From Azolla caroliniana (Eukaryota > Plantae > Polypodiophyta), in the NCBI GenBank assembly GCA_043228905.1, contig JBHGNT010000018.1:11966001-12030000 (forward strand): a stretch of 64,000 bases of DNA, given 5' to 3'. Positions 47,679-58,130 of this stretch are shown piece after piece. The position numbers and the translations under genes were made by a program. The notes under the pieces were generated by a model. It saw nothing but the letters and a program-made list of their open reading frames with translations. It searched no databases and was not told the origin of the DNA. Numbering within the stretch: the first letter of the stretch is position 1; each line of letters starts with the position of its first letter.

Positions 47679-50600
47679 TCAGTCTTCCTCCAAATTATCC
47701 AGCAAACTCTGCTCAGAGGTTTCAAGTGTTGTCTTGCCTGTGCCGTCTCCGACTTCCGATTGGATTGGCTGCCTTTTCGCATCTTGCTGCTCCGACTCTG
47801 CTTGTACCGGTGGTACCGGTGTTTCTTCTGTATCCTGTCCGGGTCTGTCCTGCTCTACCTCCGTTCCGTTCCCGGTATCGCTCTCTCCGGTTTCCGCTGG
47901 TTGTGTCCTTTCCTCCCCGGATTCGGTACTTCTCTGTCTCCACTCTGCATCATCCCCGGCATCAACCTGTTCTTGCTCCGGAAGTTCTTCCTCGGGTAAT
48001 TCTTGTCGGGGTGCATTGTTGGTTGGGTCCTCTTCAGCCGGTCGCTCGCCCTCACTGATGGAGATCGGCGTTGTGTGTCCCTCGGCTTCCTGTCGCAGTC
48101 GGTCCTTCTCGTACCCTTCCAATTCTAGTTGGGTTTCGAGCTGCCCGTCATCCAACCTCTCTACTAACCCTCGGATTTCCTTGAGATGCTCTTCTGCTAG
48201 AGCATAGAAATCCTCCGACAATTCTTCCCAGATGTTGACGATACTTTCTTCGTCCATTTTATAGAACCCATCTCCGGTTTTCTTCCGATTTTCTGCATCA
48301 GCTCGGAGTGTCTGCAGTTCAGCTGCCTGTTGTGCCCATTCCCTCCAGAGTTTCTCCGTGCTTTCATTTATGCTGGCCTGAGCTCGGGTACTCCAACTTG
48401 ACATGATGAACTTAATTCGGTCAACCCCTGCTTTAGCCTGTTCCGAAGCTGCTTGTTTTTCCTTCCTTATCCGTTTGATGATGTCGGCCATTAACTGAGC
48501 TTGAGCTTCAGAGTCGGCTTTTTGCTTGTCACAGGTACTCCGCCATTTGTTGATTTCGAAAGTCGACTTCACTTTTTCCTCGTTCCTGCTCTTTGTCAGT
48601 TCCCCTACTTTCTGCCGAAGTACTTCCATCTCCTTTCTTTGTTCCGACGTCAAGGTCTTCTCCGCCGATACTTCCTCCCTTGCTTTGGACAATTCCAAGC
48701 GGTTTTCCTTGAGCTGCTCTTTCAGCTTCTCTATCTGTCGGTCGTACGTTGCTGCCTGATTCTTGATGTCCGACGTGGCCTGTTTATAATCCTTACATAG
48801 TTGGTCGAATTCCTTCGTCTTCTGTTTTAGGCTTCGATTCGCCTGAGCTCGCAACCGATCATCCCGGTCCTTTTGTTGTCGGAGTTCCTCTCGCAACCGC
48901 TCGATTTCCTGCTCCATTCGTCGGCGCAGCCTATCTTTTTCCTTTTGCAGCGTCCCGTTTTCTTCTTGTAGTCGGTCATTGGTGGCTTTGCTTCGGCGAA
49001 GGCCTTCCTCCATTCGCCGTCTGTCGTCTTCTACCAACTTCCGCTGCTCTCTTTCGTTATCTCTCAATGCCTCCTGAGCCTGTAATTCTTCTTTCAAAGT
49101 TGCCATTAACTTCTCGGTCTCAGGGCCGGTTTGCAAGGCCTTCTCCTTCTCCGTTTCTGGTTCGGCTTGCTTTTCTGATGTCCCAACCGGCTCGGTGCCA
49201 TCTTGTGCTTGTCGGCTGCCTTCTTTTGCCTGTGCTAGCTCTTCTTGCAGCTCATGTAATTGTGTCCGGAGCATGGCCATATCCTTAGTCGTTGTCCTAG
49301 TCACGTGTTCCCTTTGCTCCTCTTCTTTCTCCATCTGGTCTGCCACTCCCGACAACTGCCCTGACAACCACCTTAGCCATTGTGCCTTTGTTCTGCCTTC
49401 GTCGGTGTGAGCAGGCGTACCTAGCTCCGGCTGTTTTTCCGGCTGTTTCTCCGGCCTCTGCTCTTGCTCCGGCGCTTGTTCCTTTCTTTGTTCTTCGAAC
49501 TCCGCCGTGGGTTCCGGTACTGCCGTCTTTGGTGCAGACGGACCTTCATCCTGTGTCTCTTCGGTTCCGGTTACTGGAGGCGGTTCTTTCGCCCGTTGCT
49601 GAGTTCCGTCCGCTGTTGGGGTCGGTCTTGTCGCTCGTTTCTCCTTTCCTTGCCTGGGTGGTAGTATTAACATCGGTTCGGATGAGTCTTCCTCTGTTTC
49701 AGCATCCTCCGTCGGTGCGACTATTGGTTCGAGCGTTACTGGTTCGGTGTCGGTTTGCCTCTTGCTGGTCTTCTTTGCCAGCTTCTCCTTGCCTTTTTCC
49801 GCCTTTTTCTTCTTCGTTGTCGGTTGCTGTTGCTGTTTCTGTGGCTGCCGTGACGAGCCTTCCTCCCGTTGCTGTCGGGAGGAGTCTTCTTCCCTCGGTT
49901 GTCGAGATGAGCCTTCTTTCCGCGGCTGTCGGGATGATCCCTCTTCCGGCGGCGCTTCTTCTTCCTGTGTCCATCCTGGAGTGTGTTTCTCTAGGATTCG
50001 TCGGCGCTTCATGGTTTGCTTCGGCGTAGTCTCCTGCTGACTTCTTTGCTTGTGCTTGAGGGGGGACACCGGTGGGACCAACACTGTTAACCATTGGGAT
50101 ATTCCGGCCCATGGCTTCTTCCCTTCCACCAAGTGCTTGATCGCCTCTTTCAGTCCTTTGGTGATGAAGTGGAGCCAGTCCACCTGCAGGCCTTCGAATG
50201 TCGCGATGACGATCGCTGCTCGGTATTTGGCTATGGCTGCCGGACGAGGGTTCACGAACCCATACTCCATCAGGGCGCGGGCCACCTCTCCGAACAGCAG
50301 GTTCTCTCCGCCCTGTGTGCGATACGCCTTGCTGCTAAGGGAGTATTCGCCGAAATACTCGAAGAATATTTGGCTCGAGGGTAGCTCTATCGTCTGAAGT
50401 CCTCCCTCCGAAATCCCTGTGAGCGCTTGTACCGCTCCTTCGGTGACTTCTGCTAAGTCCACCGCTGTTGCCGCCTGCTCTGGTTCCTTGTGTGGTGGAG
50501 CGTCAGCGACCCGCAGCAGCCCTCCTAATCCGTTCTCCGTCAGCCATTGTCGCGCTCCGTCCGACAGTGCCATCGCTTCTTCTTCGTCTGCTGCTGCCTG

Positions 50601-50825
50601 TGGTCTGAGGTCGGGGTGTAGGTGTTCTGCGCGTCGGATCTTGCTATCTTGAGCCTGCGTTTGCTTGTGGGAAAATTCGTAAAAAGTGAACCCTTCTCCG
50701 GTTCTTCCTTTATATAGTGGTGTTTCCCTCGAGCCGCCTTTTCCTGTTTTTCGCGCGTCCTCTGCCATAATTAGCATGTCACTCTTTAATTTTGGCGGCT
50801 GCACGTGTTCTGCCTTGAATAGCAT
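47679..50825 (-). CDS. Extra retroelement ORF (up to 1048 aa): globular N-terminal region, charged linker, long coiled coil, acidic tail; function unknown
   Basis: Uninterrupted ORF between pol and the 3' LTR; E/K/Q/R-rich helical region; likely start MALSDG at 50573, downstream of an internal TATA. Confidence 0.8.
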   Translation of the reverse strand: MLFKAEHVQPPKLKSDMLIMAEDARKTGKGGSRETPLYKGRTGEGFTFYEFSHKQTQAQDSKIRRAEHLHPDLRPQAAADEEEAMALSDGARQWLTENGLGGLLRVADAPPHKEPEQAATAVDLAEVTEGAVQALTGISEGGLQTIELPSSQIFFEYFGEYSLSSKAYRTQGGENLLFGEVARALMEYGFVNPRPAAIAKYRAAIVIATFEGLQVDWLHFITKGLKEAIKHLVEGKKPWAGISQWLTVLVPPVSPLKHKQRSQQETTPKQTMKRRRILEKHTPGWTQEEEAPPEEGSSRQPRKEGSSRQPREEDSSRQQREEGSSRQPQKQQQQPTTKKKKAEKGKEKLAKKTSKRQTDTEPVTLEPIVAPTEDAETEEDSSEPMLILPPRQGKEKRATRPTPTADGTQQRAKEPPPVTGTEETQDEGPSAPKTAVPEPTAEFEEQRKEQAPEQEQRPEKQPEKQPELGTPAHTDEGRTKAQWLRWLSGQLSGVADQMEKEEEQREHVTRTTTKDMAMLRTQLHELQEELAQAKEGSRQAQDGTEPVGTSEKQAEPETEKEKALQTGPETEKLMATLKEELQAQEALRDNEREQRKLVEDDRRRMEEGLRRSKATNDRLQEENGTLQKEKDRLRRRMEQEIERLREELRQQKDRDDRLRAQANRSLKQKTKEFDQLCKDYKQATSDIKNQAATYDRQIEKLKEQLKENRLELSKAREEVSAEKTLTSEQRKEMEVLRQKVGELTKSRNEEKVKSTFEINKWRSTCDKQKADSEAQAQLMADIIKRIRKEKQAASEQAKAGVDRIKFIMSSWSTRAQASINESTEKLWREWAQQAAELQTLRADAENRKKTGDGFYKMDEESIVNIWEELSEDFYALAEEHLKEIRGLVERLDDGQLETQLELEGYEKDRLRQEAEGHTTPISISEGERPAEEDPTNNAPRQELPEEELPEQEQVDAGDDAEWRQRSTESGEERTQPAETGESDTGNGTEVEQDRPGQDTEETPVPPVQAESEQQDAKRQPIQSEVGDGTGKTTLETSEQSLLDNLEED

Positions 50826-50914
50826 GTCCTATTTTTGGCGCCTGCGCATGCTCTGTCCTGAATAGCATGTCCTATTTTTGGCGCCTGCGCATGCTCTGTC
50901 ATGAATAGCATGTC
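50772..50914. repeat. 43-bp tandem repeat (2 near-exact copies plus degenerate and partial copies) upstream of the extra ORF
   Basis: GAATAGCATGTCCTATTTTTGGCGCCTGCGCATGCTCTGTC at 50817 and 50860. Confidence 0.85.
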
Positions 50915-51149
50915 TGTCCTTTGCTGCCGCGTGTCAGGCTTGCGCTTCTTTGCCGCGTGTGTCGAATCTCCTACGTGTCTGTCATTATGACTCCTTGATT
51001 GCCGCACGTTTTAATTCCTGTACATCGGCCCCCCACGTTCTGTGCTTTAAATAGCTCGTGCACCCGTGTGACGGTTGTAACTACTTCCTTCATCATTACC
51101 ATGATTTTCTTGATCTTCTTGTCTTGAATTTTCTACCCGTAGCACCACG

Positions 51150-51188
<39 letters not shown>

Positions 51189-51206
51189 TTTATAACATGT
51201 GCCGCA

Positions 51207-54200
51207 TCATTGTTCGGTTCCCCCCGATGTGTTCGGGTCGGTGCGCACTGTTGTCGATTCCTCGTCGTTGTTACGCGTCGGTGTCGGCTCCTTGGTCCTC
51301 CGGATCTGTGTCGGTTCCTCGCCATTCGGGATTTCCGGGTCTTGCTTGAAGGGGTTAGCTGGCATGTGCCCCTTATACGGTTTTAGGCGAAAACCATTTG
51401 CCCATTTGCCCACAACTTCTCCTGACAACGTCCCGAGCTGGTAAGACCCATTGTACTCCTTTGTGATCCAGAATGGTCCGGTCCACCGAAATCGCAATTT
51501 CCCTGGCATGCTCCCCATCCTTGTCTGGAACAGTAATACAGGTTTCCCGACCTCGAATTCCTTTTCGTTACCGCGCCGGTGTCGGTCTACAAAGGCTTTC
51601 CTCCTCCTTTGCTCTAGTTCTAGCTGTAGCAGGCTGGCCATTCGGTTTTCCTCCAGTTCCAACAGCATCTCCATCCGGGTTCGTTCAGATTCCTTCTCGC
51701 TTAACCGCTCCTTAACCTGTATTCTTAAGCTAGGAATTTGGAATTCTACTGGCATGACTGCTTCCAAGCCGAATGCCAGTCGGAACGGGGTCGTCCGGAT
51801 GCTGGTCTTGTACGCCGTTCGGTACGCCCACAGCACGCTCTGCAACTTCGTGTCCCAGTCGGTCCGGTTCTCATTGACGATTTTTCTAAGGATGTTCTGT
51901 AGCGTTTTGTTTGTTGATTCCGCTAATCCGTTGGCTTGAGGGTAGTAGGGAGTGCTTCGTTTGTGTACTACCGCATAGAATGATGTCAAACTTTCCACCA
52001 CCTGCCCGAGGAAATGTCCTCCCTGGTCACTGATCAGCTCAATCGGGCATCCGTACCGACACCATATGCATTCGTATAAAAATTTGGCTGTGGACGCCGC
52101 CGTGTTGTCCCGTAGTGCCTTTGCTTCTACCCATTTGGTGCAGTAGTCGGTAGCCACTATTATATACCGATTTCCGGTCCGCATTGCCGGTGGCTTGAAG
52201 GGGCCGACAAAGTCCAAGCCCCACTTTTGGAATGGTTCTAATGGCAAGACCGGGTGATGTGGCATCCGGGCCTGCTCCGTGGGTTGGCCCAGTCGTTGAC
52301 ACAGGTCGCATTCCCTGCTATACTTAACGGCATCTCTCATGGTAGTCGGCCACCATAGTCCGCTCTGCCATATCTTCCGGGCTGTTGTTTCGCCGGCATA
52401 ATGCCCGCCTGCAATTCCACAGTGGGCTTCCCTCGGGATCAGATCCTTTTCATCGCTCCGCACTGCTCGCCTCCATACGCCATCTGCCCCCTTGTGATAG
52501 AGGGTGTCTCCTACCAAGCAGAAATGTCTGCTCCGTACTGCCATCCTTTTCCGTTCGTCTCGGTCCAGGTTTTCTGGGGGAACTCCGGTGCTCAGGAACT
52601 GATGCATTTTGGTTAACCATTTGTCTTCGTCCGCTACTGTGGCCTCCGTTGCCGGTGCCGTCGTGACCCTAAACAGCTCGGCATCGGGAAATTCGTCCTG
52701 TACACCGTCCCCTGATTCTCCGGATTCTAGCCTGCTCAGGTAGTCTGCTACCGCATGCTGCACCCCGGGTCGGTGGAAAATGTCGAATTCGAATTCCTGT
52801 AATAGCAGCGTCCATCGTGCGAGTTTTCCTGTCAGGGCTGCCTTTGAGACCAGGTAGAGTAGTGCCGAGTGGTCAACGTGGAAGGAGAACTTTCGTCCGA
52901 GCAGATAGTGCCTGTACTTTGTGACACTGTACACCATTCCTAATGCCTCTCGTTCCGTTGTAGAGTAGTTCCGTTCGGCTTTCGAGAGTTTCCTGCTTGT
53001 GTAGTACACCGGCCGATACCATTTCGGTTCCGTGAGTTGCATCAAAACGCTGCCGATTGCTACGTCCGACGCGTCGACGAAGACGTGAAAGCTTTTACTC
53101 CAGTCCGGCGGCTGCACCACCGGAGCTTGTGACAGCATGACCTTCAACGCTTGGTAGGCTTTCTCCTCCGTTTCTGTCCATTGGAAAGGTACTCTATGTA
53201 CAGCAGCGTGCAATGGTGTAGCAAAGTCGGCAAGGTGCCGTATCATCCGACTATGCCACCTTATTTGACCAAGGAATCGGCTTAAAGCCTTTGCGCTATT
53301 CGGTGCCGGTGCGTCGAGAATTGCTTTTACCTTATCCGGATCTACCGCGATTCCTTCTCGACTCACCACGTGGCCTAACAAATTGCCGCTTGCGACTCCA
53401 AAGACGCACTTAGCCGGGTTCAGACTTAATCGGTACTCGCGGCACTTTTCTAAGCATAGTCGTAGGTGATCGAGATGCTCTCCGTGTCGGCTGTAGACGG
53501 CGAAATCGTCTAGGAAGACCTGCATAAAACCGGGAATAAAATCACCGAAGATTTCCATAATTATCCTTTGAAATGTTGCAGGGGCTGTCTTTAATCCGAA
53601 CATCATCACGACCGCGACGAACACTCCCCATTCCGTCACGAACGCTGTTTTCTCTTGGTCGGCCAGGTTCATTCGGATTTGGTTGTAGCCGCTGAATCCA
53701 TCCAGGAAGCTGTAAACTTCGTGGCCGGCCACCGCATCTAGCACTCCGTCCGTGAATGGTAGTGGAAAAGCGTCGGTCACTGTCGCGGCATTTAGTTTCC
53801 TGTAGTCCACACATACCCGGATTTTGCCGTTCTTTTTCGGGACCACCACTATCAGGCTTAGCCAGGTTGCCTGCTTGACTTTTCGGATAAATCCGACCCG
53901 GAGAAGCTTGTCAATTTCCTCCTTTACCTTTGCCGCATAGTTTGGATTCATCCGGTACCGACGTTGAGCGATGGGTTTCGCGTCAGTACTTAGATGAATT
54001 TGGTGCTGGTAGAGCTGGGGGTCCAACCCTCGCATGTCTTCGTATGACCATGCGAACACGTCCTTGAAATCTGTTAACAGTGCTACCATTGCCTGTTTTT
54101 CCTCCTTCGGCAATTCCTTCGCGACTTTTACCGGTCGGGGTTGTTCTGTTGTGCCGAGGTCCACCTCTTCCAGCTGGGATGCTTTCACCCTTTGGGATAT

Positions 54201-56981
54201 CGTCATTTCTCTTTCTAGGGCTTCCTGTGCTTGGCGTAGTTCCCGGATCGCCACTTTGTCCGGCTCGTCCGGCATTGTGATGTACGGCTCTACTGCTGCC
54301 GTGATATCCACCTCAAAAAGTGGGACGATCTGTGGGTGTTCCTCGAGGTACCGATCAACTTCCTCATCCGGTAAGCCCTCCAACATGTTGATGCTTTCGG
54401 CATATAAAGGGGTTGCCTCCTTGCTAGTGAGCACCCGTGGTTGCGTGGCTACCCGTACCTTTGTTTTCCCTCGTCGGAACGTGATCATATTCTTTTGCCA
54501 GTTTTGCTTGATATGCGCCGTTCGCAGCCATGGTCGTCCTAACAGTAGGGGATATGCGCCTTGTACATTCAGCTCTAGTACCACGGCCGATATCCGGAAT
54601 ACGTGGCCTCCTATTGTTACTTCCAAAACCCGGATAAGACCGGTTGGTCGGACTGAGCTTGTATCCGCCATGCGTAACCAGAAGGGGCATGGTTCCCACT
54701 CCTGGATGCCTAGGTCGTCGCATGTCTGTCGACTAATGACGTTCACCCCGGAGCCTCCGTCAATAATTGTTCCTGGAATCTCCTTTCCTTTGACGATTGT
54801 CGTGATTGCTGGGCTACTGGTATCGACCACCGCTGGGCCTTCCTCCGGGTTGGAGAAAAATGCCGGTGCTGGTGTCGGCGTCGGTTTGCTCACGGCGGCT
54901 TGTAAGTCTGCTGTAAACCGCGGCACCAACTGTAGTAACCGTGCCAACGGCAGCACGATCTGACAATCTTGTAGTGCTTGCCATGTCGGGTTTTCTCCTG
55001 GCTGTGCGATTTCCTCATTCTTTGGCATATTTTGGTCTCTTACTTCCGCCGCACCTTGTTCGTTGGCTTCTTTGATCCATTGTGCCGCTTGTTTTCTGAT
55101 TGCTTCCTGGGCTTCCCATTCGGCGGCCTTCCCCTTCGACCGCGTGGTAACCTGCTGTACTTCGGCTGTCACCATGTTGACTGCTAGCTGCTTGTCGGCT
55201 GTTTTGCTTGGGCATTGATTACTGTAATGCCCTTCTTTTCGGCAGTAATAACAGTACACCCTGTGCGTGTTGCTGGATTCTCCTTTTTCCCATGTTTGGG
55301 GAAGGGGCATTCCCCGGCGGTTGTCCTCGGTTTTTCGGTTCTCCGGTGCCGCTACTGGTTTGTCATTCCTTGTTGCCTCCCGACGCTCCTCTCTACGGAA
55401 AAATCCCCGCCTTTGGTTCCGTCGGAAATTCCGGTTCCCTGGCCGCCTGTCTTCTCTGCGTCGCTCGTATTCCGGGGATTCGTCTCGGTCGTACCGGTCC
55501 CTGGGGTAGCTATCCCTGCGGTTCTCCTCTCGGTCATAGCTGTCGCGTCTTCTATCGGGGTATCTGTCGCCGCGTTCTCGTCGGTAGCGGTCGTCCCTCC
55601 GGAATCGATCCTCTTCCGGGTTCCGATTGCGCGGTTCTATGTGTCGGACCGGTGCCGCTTGTCGAGTTAATAGGTTATACTCGCATCGGTTTGTTGTGTG
55701 GGCGCGAGAATTGCATATCATGCACTGTGCACGCAGGGTGCAGTCGACGGCTGAGTGCCCCGAATTTAGGCATGTTGTGCATTGTAGGGCTTGTCGGAAC
55801 CGGAGGTCCTCCTCCTTCGGAAGCGCCTGGTGTAACGCCCCCATCGGCAAGAAGGGGCTCGTGTTGTCCATTTCCAGGACCCGATCAATGACTTGGTCCA
55901 TTGTGCTGGTGCTGAAATCGAGGATTCCACACATCGCTCGAAGTGGGTCTTTTAACGCAGCCAAAAAGACTGCCTTGGCCTCCTCTTCGGGTGGTGCTCT
56001 TGCTAATTGACTGTGCAAGGTCTGGAAACGAATGATAAATTGTGGGACCGTCTCGTTTTCTCCCTGCCGAGTGGTGTAGAATTGTCCGACCAATTCCCTT
56101 TGTTCCACTCGTCTATGAAACAGGCGTAAAAACTGGGTTTTCAATGCCTCGAACGTGGCGAAGCTGCCTGGTAAGTGCTTTGCGTGCCACCGGGCCGCCG
56201 GTCCTTCTAATGTCATGCCGAATTCGGCGACTTTGGATCGGTCGGCCTCGGGCTCCGTCAGTCTCTGGGACACGTGGTTGGCTTCCCATGTTCGCAGGAA
56301 TGCATACACATGTGCCTCTCCGTCGGGCTCATCCCGATACTTTGGGTACGGATACGGCATCGTGTCGTCCCACTGATTCTCCTGCGCTGGTTCCTCCGAA
56401 GTCGGTATCCGCTCTTGCGGTTCCTCCGCGGGTGGTGTTGGTATCCGTTCCTGCGGTTCCTCCGCGGGTGGTGTTGGTATCCGCTCCTGCGGTTCCTCCG
56501 CGGGTGGTGTTGGTATCCGCTCCTGCGGTTCCTCCGCGGGTGGTGTTGATAACCGCTCCTCCCTCCTCGGCGATTGCCGGTCACCGAACTCCAGAGTTAT
56601 TTCCTCCTCTGGCTCCGATGTTGCCGAGTTATCCGACTCAAAGGGGTTGTTCTCGTGGCTGCGTTTATAACGGGATCCCACGCTTTCCCCGCTATCCGAA
56701 TCCGCCTCTAATGTTGCAAATGCCACTGCGTCCCCGTCGCCGCCGGCGAGAGTCTGTAGTAGTGTCTCTGCTTCTTGGAGGCTGGTTATGCTACTGCCTT
56801 CGTCAGAAGCTTGTAGAACCTGGAACTGCAGTGCTTCTTCTGCGATTTGCCGAAGCGTTTTTGAGAATGACCGATCGCGCCGGATTTCGTCGACGGCTTG
56901 CTGCAGGGCTTCCCGTCGTCGCTATCGTTCGGCGTGGCGTCTCCCTCTTTCGGTGATGTGGTCGTTATTTTGTCTAGACAT
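51207..56981 (-). CDS. gag-pol: Element N single-frame gag-pol polyprotein (Gag, PR, RT, RNase H, INT); one TAG at codon 20
   Basis: 1839-aa open frame 51207-56726 extends in frame to ATG 56981 across a TAG at 56922-56924; CYYCRKEGHYSNQC, IIDGGSGVN, LDGFSGYNQI, FLDD, VDAS, WGLDFVGP and WTGPF motifs. Confidence 0.93.
56404..56547 (-). repeat. 4 x 36-bp in-frame repeat (TPPAEEPQERIP) in N gag
   Basis: Visible in both DNA and translation. Confidence 0.9.
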
Positions 56982-57033
56982 CCATCCCCCGGTTGTCCTC
57001 TGCACTCTGCAGGAATCGTGGTTGCCAAAATAG

Positions 57034-57403
57034 TGTTGTATGTATGGCTGGACTAGCCGCAACACAGGTGTCTATCCGACACTTCTCCAAAGGGGTGGTA
57101 GGGATAGGATGTTAATACACGCGTATGATAATTACACTTAAGCACAGACGAAGACAAGATTAATAAGCATAAGCAAAACTATATTAATTCTTCGCAACTT
57201 CATTACAAAACATCGGATCCTTTTATAGGCATCCGGCCAGATTACAATCGGTGCTCGGTAGGCAACCGTTAACCGAAACCGAATCGGTTCGGATCCGGAT
57301 CGGTTACAACTACCGGATCCGTCCCTTTAATAATTCTATTCCTATTTCTATATTTATCCGATCCGACCTTGCTTTCCCATTTGCCTTCTCTGACCGGCCA
57401 ACA
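57034..57403 (-). repeat. Element N 5' LTR
   Basis: Followed on minus, after 6 nt, by a short PBS-like TGGCAACCAC (57018-57027). Confidence 0.95.
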
Positions 57404-57766
57404 AATACGAATGATTGGCCAGAATTAGGCAACCTTCTAGAGGATTGGGTGGTGGTGAAGAAGGCTTGCAACCATCTTGAGAATGTCGACAATGGCTAGA
57501 GGAAACTGACGTGGAAAATCCACAATCGTGGAGGAGGAAGGCACCTGCGATAATCGATCCTAGCAAGCCGATCAACAATTTCGACAGGAAAGATGGAGCA
57601 ATCTATAATCGAAGAGCTCTCCAAGAAGTTTGAAGCGGTATCGCTGGCCAACTTGGGTCGATCTGGGCCCAAGGGAAAAGAAACATTTAGATGTGTGAGG
57701 TGCGAGAGCTTCGAGCACTCATGAAGGGAGTGCGCTGACTTGCAAGACATGATTCGTAAGAACGTT

Positions 57767-58099
57767 TATTAAGTGGCAAGCTCAACCAGATCCGGATCGG
57801 CAGGATAAGCCTGAGCCGGATCGGCATCCAGAACCAAGAGCAAGATCAATATCCGGAAACAACCGGCCGCATCAGGGAGATGGATCGGAGAGCCGGATTC
57901 GAGCACGAACCGGAAACTGAGTAGTAGCCTAGACTACTAGGTAATCATTGCCTCGTAGTTACAGTCAGTCGCACGTAGGAACGTTGAAGTACATTGTACT
58001 TCTGTCAATCCTTCTGAGGACTTGTATAAATAGTGTTGTGTAAGCACATTGTATGTACAGAGTTTACAGAGTGTTATTTTGAATTGAGTTTATGTTCTG

Positions 58100-58130
<31 letters not shown>

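Larger units (their letters stand above)
47259..57403 (-). mobile_element. Non-chromoviral Ty3/Gypsy N with extra 3' ORF, near-intact and very recent
   Basis: 370-bp LTRs at 47259-47628 and 57034-57403 (one difference noticed); TSD AATAC (47254-47258, 57404-57408); TATA box and both ORFs on minus. Confidence 0.96.
33125..57766 (+). mobile_element. Decayed tRNA-Trp Gypsy O, split by J and N and cut by K (pieces about 33125-33981, 46637-47258, 57404-57766)
   Basis: LTR end ...AGGACA at 46690 with PBS TGGTGAACATGACGTGAA at 46695; gag (IAGRFGGKNITDFLATY) 46777-47258 continues after N (DWVVVKKAC, RCVRCESFEH). LTR start at 33125 is inferred. Confidence 0.7.

Noticed and set aside
47631-47700. A complete tRNA gene or tRNA-derived SINE
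   Set aside because: Only T-arm, 3' acceptor strand and CCA are present; no D-arm, anticodon arm, A box or tail. Kept as a cis motif instead.
47679-50825. Host myosin- or SMC-like gene, or a true envelope gene
   Set aside because: Intronless and inside paired LTRs with a TSD; no motor or ATPase motifs, signal peptide or transmembrane segment seen.
47259-57403. Element N oriented on plus with antisense gag-pol because of the PBS-like site at 47631
   Set aside because: The LTR TATA box and both ORFs point to minus, and the other end has no plus-strand PPT but another PBS-like site. TSS data are needed to exclude this fully.
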